Origin: Candidatus Komeilibacteria bacterium CG_4_10_14_0_8_um_filter_37_78
GTDB taxonomy: Bacteria > Patescibacteriota > Patescibacteriia > UBA1558
DNA length: 32,269 nt
Direction of reading: 5' to 3'
Assembly (NCBI GenBank): GCA_002785295.1
Contig: PFMC01000070.1
Location: forward strand, 1 to 32,269
Shown here: positions 1 to 9,400 of the stretch, one piece after another
How the letters are laid out: each line of letters opens with the position of its first letter
Numbering within the stretch: the first letter of the stretch is position 1
Notes under the pieces: generated by a model
Database searches by the model: none
What the model was told of the DNA's origin: nothing
Seen by the model: the letters and a program-made list of their open reading frames with translations, nothing else
Position numbers and translations under genes: made by a program

Positions 1-91
1 AACTCCAGACCGAGAAAAAGACTTGGCTGGAAGACCCCTTATGAGGTATTCTATGAAAAGACAGGTGTTGCACTTCGAGTTTGAATGTACC
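1..91 (+). mobile_element. Right end of an IS30-family insertion sequence (transposase C-terminus plus terminal inverted repeat), truncated by the window
   Basis: Frame 1 of 1-84 reads NSRPRKRLGWKTPYEVFYEKTGVALRV*, matching the IS30 transposase C-terminal NxRPRKxLGxKTP...VAL pattern. The stop lies inside GGTGTTGCACTTCGAGTTTGAATGTACC (64-91), which resembles ends of this IS30 subgroup. Exact end inferred. Confidence 0.85.
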
Positions 92-101
92 AAAGCTAGT
101 T

Positions 102-130
102 TTGACAAATAAAAAAAATTGTGTTATTAA
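102..130 (+). promoter_or_regulatory. Putative sigma70 promoter for rpsU-yqeY
   Basis: TTGACA (102-107), 17-nt spacer, TG-n-TATTAA (125-130). Confidence 0.5.
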
Positions 131-149
131 TATAGTATAACCACAAGTC

Positions 150-177
150 AAAAGTTAGAATTTAAAAGTTAGAATTT
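150..177. repeat. 14-bp direct tandem repeat
   Basis: AAAAGTTAGAATTT at 150-163 and 164-177. Confidence 0.9.
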
Positions 178-203
178 AACCAATATTATGTATTTTTAAC
201 TTT

Positions 204-319
204 CCCGCCTGCAACGCTTTGTGCAGCGTCTGCATCGCTACCTGCCCACCGCCTGCCTGTCGTTAGGCAGGGTAGACATGGTGTGAAGCATTGTTGGTAT
301 TGGTAGTATTGCTGGCAGG
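204..319. repeat. GC-rich nested REP-like palindromic elements
   Basis: Innermost CCTGCCT(252-258)/AGGCAGG(265-271) sits inside CCTGCCCACCG(241-251)/GTAGACATG(272-280), inside degenerate CCCGCCTGCAACGCT(204-218)/AGTATTGCTGGCAGG(305-319). Confidence 0.7.
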
Positions 320-365
320 TAAGTTTTTAATTATAAATTAATGTTATAGAAAGGAGGTGTTCACG

Positions 366-611
366 GTGTTAGAGGTAAAACGAAAACAGAGTGAAACCTT
401 TGAAAGTCTACTACGTAGATTTACCAAAAAAACAATCCAAAGTGGAAAATTATTACAAGCTAAAAAAATAAGATTCCATCAAAAACCTAAAACTACTCTC
501 AAGCGGAAAGAGTCAGCTTTAAAGCGTGAAGAATTTAAGAAACAGCGAGAGTATTTAAGAAAGACTGGTAAACTCGATGAATTTTTAGAGAAAATGAAAA
601 AACGAAGATAA
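366..611 (+). CDS. rpsU: 30S ribosomal protein bS21
   Basis: EVKRKQSETFESLLRRFTKK...RFHQKP pattern, very basic, upstream of yqeY as is typical. Start moved from 357 to GTG 366 because AAGGAGGT (351-358) overlaps 357 and lies 7 nt before 366. Confidence 0.92.
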   Translation: MLEVKRKQSETFESLLRRFTKKTIQSGKLLQAKKIRFHQKPKTTLKRKESALKREEFKKQREYLRKTGKLDEFLEKMKKRR

Positions 612-1057
612 TGACTTTGTACCAACAAATAGAGGCAGATCGTATGATAGCAATGAAAGCCAGTGATGAGCTGAGGCTGTCCACTTTGCGTATGATTTCA
701 ACGGTTATGAAGAATGCCATGATTGCTAAGAAGGGTGAATTGACCGATGAAGAAGTGCAGAAAATATTGCGGACTGAAGTAAAAAAGAGAAAAGAAGCTC
801 ACGAGGCATTTTTGAAGGCAGACTATCAGGATAAAGCTGCTCAGGAGAAGACTGAAATGGCAATGATCGAAGCTTATTTACCAGCACAAATGTCAGATCA
901 AGATTTAGAGCAGTTGGTTAGCAAGACTTTGCAAGCGGCAAACATGTCAGAGCCTAGTCAATTTGGTCAGGCTATGGGAGTGGTGATGAAAGAACTTGCT
1001 GGACAGGCTGATGGTGCCAAAGTTCAAAGTTTGATTAAGAAAATCCTCAATACTTAG
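611..1057 (+). CDS. yqeY: GatB/YqeY domain protein
   Basis: AMKA-D--RLSTLRM, KKRKEA, YLPAQMS, MGVVMKELAGQADG motifs; 148 aa; coupled to rpsU by TAATG. Confidence 0.93.
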   Translation: MTLYQQIEADRMIAMKASDELRLSTLRMISTVMKNAMIAKKGELTDEEVQKILRTEVKKRKEAHEAFLKADYQDKAAQEKTEMAMIEAYLPAQMSDQDLEQLVSKTLQAANMSEPSQFGQAMGVVMKELAGQADGAKVQSLIKKILNT

Positions 1058-1112
1058 ATTTTTTTAAGATATTTCCGTTTAGACGGAAAATACAAAAAAT
1101 AAAAAAATTACC

Positions 1113-3443
1113 ATGCTTGAGTCAGTAAAAATATTTTTATCTAAAAGAAGAATTGCGATCTTATCGATTTATTTTTTGATAGCAATTCTTTTTTTGTTGG
1201 CAGTTCCAGTCTTTGCAGCAGATAGCTTCAATTTAGATGAAACGGGGACAGGACTTGGTTTGACACCGGTAGCTGAGGATTTTAGCATCCGGCAAACAGT
1301 GATCAATATTGTGAAGTACTTGATTGGCTTCATTGGTATCGCTGCTATTGTGATGATCCTTTATGGCGGTGTCAGGTGGATGACAGCGGGTGGTAGTGTT
1401 GATAAAGTGGCTAAAGCAAAGAAGACAATTATTAATGCTGCAATTGGGCTGATGATTTGTATTTTATCTTATGCCATTGTTTATTTTGTAGCTTTTCAGT
1501 TGGGTGATGAAGTTTTTGGTGATGGTTCGGGTGGTGATGGAACAGCACCATACTATTCTGGTGGTTTGGGTGGCGGGGCAATTGCCAGTCATTATCCACC
1601 ACGTGGGGCTGTTGGGGTACCGCGTAATATTAATATAGTAGTTACTTTCCGTGATCTAATAAATCCAGGTTCAATCACTGCCGACACAGTGGAGATTAGA
1701 AACAATACACAAGATAGTGTTAATACTTGGACTAATAGTACGACAGATAATAGAACCTTTGTATTTTTTCCAGATAATGACCTTGGTAGTGATGCTGAGG
1801 ATAATATTTATATAGTTACTTTGAAAAATGGTATTGAAAATTCTGAAGGTGACCTGATCTTTGGTAATCTAGGTTATGAATATACTTGGCAGTTTACTGT
1901 CTCTATAGAAATTGATGTTACGCCACCGACTGTTGTTGGGATTTACCCAGCTGATAATGATGGCACAGCATATCCTCGCAATACAATTGTGCAGATGGTT
2001 TTTAGTGAACCAGTGATTGGTTCTACTGGAACTTTTACAATTCAGGAACCGAACTTTACTAATATCCAGGTTTATGCAGTATGGGGCGTTAACGAAGGTC
2101 TTTATGGTACCTTTGTAGCTTCTAATAATTATCGGACAACAGAATTTATTCCAGCCGCTGTTTGTGGTGAGAATGGTTGTGGTGATGTAATGCATTGTTT
2201 TTTAATGGATAGTATGTGTACTGATATTCCTGATGGAGAAGACTGTATTCATGAACATGGAGTGAGGATCAAGACCGATCTCACGCCAGGTTTTCCTTTT
2301 GAGGGCATTGTAGATATGGCTGGCAATCCGCTAGACGGAGATGAGGATGGAACAGGCGGTGAAGGCACAGAAGATGACAAGACTTGGAGCTTTGATCTTA
2401 TTGATGAGCTTGATCTGACACCACCACAAATTATAGAGAAATCACCTGGCGCTTTTGAGAATAGCGTACCATTAAATAAGCCAGTTAAAGTTACTTTTTC
2501 AGAATTAATGATGTCTAGTACTTTAAATGCAGATAATTTAGCGATTGGCATATTTGGGTTAGAAGACGGAATACCTTATTGGGTGACAAGTGATATAGCA
2601 GAAGTGGATATCGATGGTGATTTAATAGAAACAACAATTGCTAATATTAATCATGATGTTTTTAGCTCTTTCACGGTTCATGAAAATAGAGTGCTGAGTA
2701 GTTGTCAGGATATTAACCAGAATTGTTTGTTAATTATTGAAGATCGTAGTGCTCAAGGAAGGGGATTTATTGCGCCACAATTATTAGAGGGTTTAGTAGG
2801 TCATTGGAACTTTGATGAAGGTGCGGGAATGACAGTTGCTGATTTATCTGGGACAGGAAATGATGGTACATTATATCGATTACAAGAAGATGATTGGGTG
2901 ACCAACAGTACTGGTTCGGCAATTGATTATGATGGAGATAAGGGCTATGTCAATGTCTTACATGATGAAAGTTTGATGTTCGACGGACCATTCTCTGTGT
3001 CATTATGGGTTAAATTAACAACAGATCCTTTATCTTATAAAAATGGTCAGCCGAATTGGGTTCCACAGTTTGTTTCTAAGAGTAGTTGGGGTGCTGATTT
3101 TCGTGTCAGATTTTGGACAGGCGGTAAAATAGCATTTGCTACTTATGGACTGAGTAATTCATCATTAACAACAAAGAATCAAGTATTGTTTCAAGACAAG
3201 TATGTTCATGTGGTTGCTGTTTGGGATGGTGTCAGTAAACTTATTTATATTGATGGTGAGGAGAATGCAAGATTTGATGGTGTGACTGGTCAACTCGCTC
3301 ATCTTGATCACAACCTTGGTATAGGCGCGAATCGGTTTGGTTCAGAATCTTTTCTGGGCCTAATAGATAATGTCCGTATTTATAATAGAGCATTAACTCC
3401 ACAAGAGGTAGGATTATTATATGATATTGAGTTTGTAGAATGA
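1113..3443 (+). CDS. Surface protein: signal peptide, T4SS-pilin (VirB2/TrbC-like) domain, three Big_5-like Ig domains, C-terminal LamG-like domain
   Basis: Signal ending VFA; two-helix IVMILYGGVRWMTAGG-S-DKV-KAKK-IINAAIGL-I---SYAIV pilin motif; repeated P-V----P------VP-N--I-V-FSE Ig starts; GLVGHWNFDEG...FLGLIDNVRIYNRALT LamG signature. Confidence 0.85.
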   Translation: MLESVKIFLSKRRIAILSIYFLIAILFLLAVPVFAADSFNLDETGTGLGLTPVAEDFSIRQTVINIVKYLIGFIGIAAIVMILYGGVRWMTAGGSVDKVAKAKKTIINAAIGLMICILSYAIVYFVAFQLGDEVFGDGSGGDGTAPYYSGGLGGGAIASHYPPRGAVGVPRNINIVVTFRDLINPGSITADTVEIRNNTQDSVNTWTNSTTDNRTFVFFPDNDLGSDAEDNIYIVTLKNGIENSEGDLIFGNLGYEYTWQFTVSIEIDVTPPTVVGIYPADNDGTAYPRNTIVQMVFSEPVIGSTGTFTIQEPNFTNIQVYAVWGVNEGLYGTFVASNNYRTTEFIPAAVCGENGCGDVMHCFLMDSMCTDIPDGEDCIHEHGVRIKTDLTPGFPFEGIVDMAGNPLDGDEDGTGGEGTEDDKTWSFDLIDELDLTPPQIIEKSPGAFENSVPLNKPVKVTFSELMMSSTLNADNLAIGIFGLEDGIPYWVTSDIAEVDIDGDLIETTIANINHDVFSSFTVHENRVLSSCQDINQNCLLIIEDRSAQGRGFIAPQLLEGLVGHWNFDEGAGMTVADLSGTGNDGTLYRLQEDDWVTNSTGSAIDYDGDKGYVNVLHDESLMFDGPFSVSLWVKLTTDPLSYKNGQPNWVPQFVSKSSWGADFRVRFWTGGKIAFATYGLSNSSLTTKNQVLFQDKYVHVVAVWDGVSKLIYIDGEENARFDGVTGQLAHLDHNLGIGANRFGSESFLGLIDNVRIYNRALTPQEVGLLYDIEFVE

Positions 3444-6400
3444 TCAAGAAAATAAACATTGTAGCTTTAATCATTGTCATCGGTATTATAATAATACCAA
3501 GTCTTGTTTTTGGTGCTGACGGGTTTGGTTTAAATGAGACAGGTGAAGGATTAGGCTTTGCGCCGCGTGGTGCTGATTTTAGTATCCGTGGTCTAGTAAT
3601 TGGGATAGTCAAATATTTGATTGGCTTGATTGGCGTCGCTGCCATTGTGATGATCCTTTATGGCGGCGTTCGTTGGATGACAGCTGGCGGTAGTCCAGAC
3701 AAGGTCAATAAAGCAAAAAAAATAATTATCAATGCGGCTATTGGCTTGGCTATTTGTATTGCTGCTTTTGCTATCGTTAGCTTTATTCAGTATCAAGTGA
3801 CAACATGGATTGCACCAGGAGACGATGATGACGATGATGATGGCGATGGGCTATCTGATCCAATAGTTTTTATTATCTCAGATTGGGATCCAGAAGATGG
3901 CGAGGTTAATTTACCTCGTAATCTGAACATTGGCATTGATTTTAATCAGAATATAGACGTAGTAAGTATTAATCTCAATCAGATCACATTAACTCAGACG
4001 GTGGCCGGAGTTGAAGAACCAATTGATTTAGAAATAGAAGATCTTACTATCACAAACCGAAGAATAGAAATAAGGGCGCCGGGTAATTGTGATGAGCCAA
4101 ATATTGATTATTGTTATGATGCTAATGCTGTTATTAGTGTAGTGGTTGGTGCTAATACTATTTTATCAGCTGATGACGGTGAGAGTATTAGTTGTGCTAG
4201 TAGTGAATATAATTGTAATATCTCAATTTCAGTAGGTGAGTTGTTTGATACAGAGCCGCCAACTGTCCAGGTTACTTATCCTATTAATGGTAGTAGTTTT
4301 AGAAATGGGCAAAATTTTGGTTTAGAAGCTCATACTACTGATAATGTTGATGTCACTAATGTGATATTTTATGCTAATGGTTTCAATATGAATGCGCTGG
4401 TTGTTGAAGTACAAGAGAATTCTTGGGCTGCTTCTTGGACTCTTAGCGGTTATCAGGATGGGAATTATATTTGGCTCATAGCTAGGGCGATTGACAGCAG
4501 TGGTAATGAGTCATTATCCAATTTTGTCAGGATTAGACAAATACCAGCTCACTGTGTTGATGGTTTGCAAAACGAAGATGAAACAGGTCTTGATTGTGGC
4601 GGCAGTTGTGGGGCCTGTGAAGGCGAATCTTGTGATACGAATAATAATGAAAATATTTGTGATCCAAATGGTGATTGTGCGGCAGAGCTTTATTGTGATG
4701 AAGTAAATTGTCTTTGTGAAGTCGCCACAATCATTACGAGCATATCTTCAGATAATGGTGCTGTTGGCAATTTGGTCACAATTAACGGCATAAATTTTGG
4801 TGAAGGGGAAGGAGAAATATATTTTAATAATGGTCAAGTGTTGGTGCCAGCACGAATAGCTGAATGTAATGGTGCATGGACGGACACCCAGATTATTGTC
4901 GTGGTACCAGAATTACTGGAAAGTGGGGACCTGGCCGTTATTAGTGTGTACACAGAAGGAGGTAGTGGAGACGATACTGTTAATAGTCGAGGGTGGCAAG
5001 GCGTCTTTGAGGTTAATGATATTTTACGTCCAGGAATTTGTGCAGTAACGCCACCGGAAGGTAGAGCATTTAGTACTATAGTTGTTAGTGGTGAGCAATT
5101 TGGTAATACTACAGATGTACTTGAAGTTGGTGGTTTTAATGCTGCTATAAATGATTGGACTAATACTGATATTGAAGGCACTATTCCTAATATCAATCCA
5201 GGTACAGTTGGCGTGCGTGTCTTAGTAGATGGTGAGTATAGTAATGTGCTTAATTATACAATCGCAGCAGATGATATTAATCCGATCATTGCTTATTTAA
5301 ATCCGGCAGCTGGTCCAGTAGGACAGTATGTGACAATCTATGGAGATAATTTTGGTTATGATGAGAACGCTATCAGTATTACATTTGGTGGTGTAGCAGC
5401 AGACATCTCCTTTCCAACACAGTGTGGTGCATGGGAGATAGATAATAATGAAATTTTAGTTAAAGTACCAAGCAATTTAGCTTTAGACACTGTTAATGTA
5501 GTAGTGACGAGAAATGGTTATCAGAGTGATCCAGTAAACTTTACAGTAAATAATGATCCTTTATTACCAGGGCTTTGTTTATTAGAGCCAAATCATGGAT
5601 TACCAAGTTCAGAGATAAATATTTATGGTGAAGGATTTAGTAATGCTAATGGTCAGGTATTTTTTTATAATAATCGAGAAGCAGTTTTTGATTCATGGAA
5701 TAATACTACAGTCAATACAGCTGTTGTGCCTTTGGAGGCAGTGACTGGACCAGTGCAATTGGAAAATAGCGCTGATGTGATCAGTGGTAATACTTTAAAT
5801 TTTACAGTTGATATTTGTACTGAAAGTAATACTCCTCCAGATAAAGAATGTTGTATTGATGGTAGTATTGCAGACATTGGACAATGTGAAAATAATGGTG
5901 TACCTGGCGTAACAGAAGACACCTGGATGTTTACAACTGGCGTGCCATTTGAAGTAACTGACTGGACACCAACTTGCGATAGTGCCTGTTTGAACGCGGC
6001 AATTCAAGTAAATTTTAGTCATTCTATTTTACCAAGCAGTATATTAAATAATGATTGTGTACAAATTGAATGTTTGTCTGATAGTTGTCCAGATATTGAT
6101 CCAACTATTTCATTGGCAGAGGGAAACCTGGTTATTAATTATGCTGGTGAACTACAAGCTGATTCTCAGTACCGGGTGATTGTGCACACTGGTGAATATA
6201 ATGATGGCCAATGCGTATTAAGTGCTGCCGATGGTTGGCCTTTTGTGAATGTTAATTATGATACTGATGATGATCAAGTAGCAGATAGTTTTGCTTGGGT
6301 TTTTGCCACATCAGATGAGTTCTGTACTTTGGAGAGGGTAGAGGTAGATCCAGAGTTCGTGGAATTTTTATACCAGGATAATGAGGTGGCAGTCTTAGCC

Positions 6401-9400
6401 AAGGGTTATGGTCAACCAGATAGTTGTCAGGCAGAAGGTCAATTGTTAAATGCTTATGATTATGATTGGGATTGGCGGTCAGCAAATGCTAGTTTAGCAA
6501 CTCTGACTCAGAGAAATGAAAATTTTGATGACAAAATAGATCCGATTGCTGATGTTTATCCTTTTTTCAATGAAGCGACTGGCCGCACCTTTGGGGATAC
6601 TCAGATTATAACTGAGACGACTAATGAAGAAGGATATCAAGTAACTAATAATATGGATGTCAGCGTTGATCTTGATGTGCCGATTATTACTGAAATAGAT
6701 CCAATAACAGTATTTTTGAATCCAGAAGTAGTTACCTATACAACAATAGATGGTGTGAACTTTGGTGATCCGCAAGGTAGTAGCTATGTTATGGTAGGGA
6801 ATCAAATTGCTACTATTGCTGGTTGCCAAGGGGCGTGGAGTAATAATCAAATTGTCATTGAAGTACCTGCTGGTACTAGCACTGGTGATAAAATAAGAGT
6901 GATCAAAGCTAGGGGAGAGGATGAATCAGATGATGTCTTGGGTGTATTAGAGGATGAAGATGATTTGACTGTTATTTTGTGTAGTATTAATCCAAGCTAT
7001 GGACAAGGCAATACAGCAATTACTTTGCATGGTTATAATTTTGGTGATACGCAGATTGATAGTCGCGTTATTTTTAACGATGACGAAGCGCATTATAAAT
7101 ACGCAACAGTTAATTTATGGGCCAATGAACGTATTGTAGGATTTGTTCCTAGTAATATAGCTATTCGCCAAGAACCAATAGTTGTCTTTGTGAATGTTTT
7201 GGACAATGAAAATGGATTAGATGTTAATTCCAATCCAGTTAATTTTGACATCGCTCCACATATTGACTATATTAGCCCAAACAATGGTCCAATTGGACAG
7301 TATGTTACTATTTATGGTCGTAATTTTGGTGATCAGTCAGGGATTGTCAATTTGGGTAATACAGCAATGACTGCTACACCAGATTTCTGTGGCGATACTT
7401 GGACTAATAATGTGATTGTGCGAGTAGTGCCAGCTGGTTTAAGTTTAAGTGATTATGAGTTGGCTGTTACTACTAGTACGGGTTTAACTTCGAATGCTGT
7501 TAACTTTGTTTTGAATAATAATGTGCCAGGACCAAATTTATGCTTATTAGAACCTGATAACGGTGATACGGACGATAATATAGTGTTGAGTGGTGATAAT
7601 TTTGGTGCTGATTCAGATTTGATCCAACCTCTGGTCAGTGGTGCCAATCTTTGCGAGGTTGATGATACTAGTTTTAGTAATACTAATATTAGTGGTCCAA
7701 TTACAGCAGGAGTGAGAAGTGGTGAAGCTGTAGTTAGAAAATCTTATATTATTAGCCATGAATGTAATGGCTTTCATATTGGAAACTGGTGCCCCTTTGG
7801 TTATACTGATGTTTATGGCTATTTATTTAGTAATAGTTTACCGTTTAGTAAATTGAATAGTAGTAGTGGGGGGGAGGGGTGTAGTAATTTACCAAACACT
7901 TGTGTACCTGATTCTAATATTTGTGAAGAAGGGTTGATTTGTAATGATAGTTGTGTTTGCGTATCAGATGATGGTTCAAATGGACAGTGTGGTGATGGTA
8001 ATATAGATGCAGATGAGCAATGTGAAAATAATCCACCAAATAATATAGATGGCGATGGCTGCAGCGCTACTTGTCAGAATGAATTTGATGATTTGGTGTG
8101 CGGTGATTGGATTATTCAAGTGCTTAATAGTGATGGAGTTAATGAGGAGTGTGATGATGGTAATAATATTGATAATGATGGTTGTAGTGCAACTTGCCAA
8201 AACGAAAATGACGATAATATTGTGGTGCCAGTAGGCGCTTCACAGTGTGGTAATGGCACACTAGATGGTGGAGAGCTGTGTGATTTTGATACTGATGGTA
8301 CTGTTTTATGGTCAGACGGAGAACCGCTTTGTACAGATTTGGGATTGTATCAGGGTGGTTCTGTTGGTTGTGATCCTAGTGATTGTAGCTATGATACAGC
8401 AATGTGTATTTATGGTTCACCTAGTAGCGGAGTTTGTGTTAATACTGAGGCGTCTGTGACTTTTGAAGGTTTTATGGATAGTACAACTTTTGTTTATGGG
8501 ACTGATGACAGCGTACAATTAGAGAGCTTTGATGATGAAGCTTGTAGTGCAGGTTGTTTAGTATCAGCAACACTTGATTTTGAAATTTCTGGTGAGCAGC
8601 CATTCAGTTTTAGGAAACTATATATTATGCCAATTGATTTCTTAGATCCAAATACTGATTATCAAGTTACTTTAATTGGTGGTGATGCTGGAATATTATC
8701 AATTGAGGGTAATCAGTTAGACAGTGATTTTATTTGGTCATTTGATACTGGCAGTTCATACTGTACAATTAGTCGAGTCGAGATTGCGCCAGCTAGTTAT
8801 CAATTCAATTCTTATAACGATGAGCAACCATTTATTGCTAATGTTTACGATCAGAATAATAATTCTTTGCATGGTAGTTGGATCGATTATGTTTGGGTTG
8901 AGAATGAGCCAAACAATAGTAATAAGCTTGATATTTATGGCGCAAACTCAAAAGAGTCTAGCATTTCTGTGTTTAATGATTCTATTAGTGGTCACACCTT
9001 CCTCAATGTAAATGTCAGTAGCGAGGTTGATGGCATTAGCTATGGATCAGCGTCAGATCAAGCGAGGATTGATATTGTTGTTTGTGATGAACCGGTTGAA
9101 TATACAAATGCAACTTATAATTTTAGAACTTGGTATTGCCGAGATGGTAGTGGTGATGAATTGTTACCAGAATTGGACCCACATGAATCGAATAATTTGG
9201 GAGATAATATTTTGTATGATGTTTTGTATACTCAAGATGGTAGTGTTGATGGTATCGGGTTGAGAATTTATACCAACTTCTATCATTATGATCCATTATT
9301 ATGGTATCAAGAAAATATAGATATTATGGGTAGTCCGGCAGCTACTAGTATTGATGGCTATGAAGCGATTCAAGAAGGCCGGTCTACTTATATTAACGCT

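Noticed and set aside
1072-1089. Hairpin TTTCCGT/ACGGAAA after yqeY as a terminator
   Set aside because: Followed by an A-rich tract, not U-rich; function unclear.
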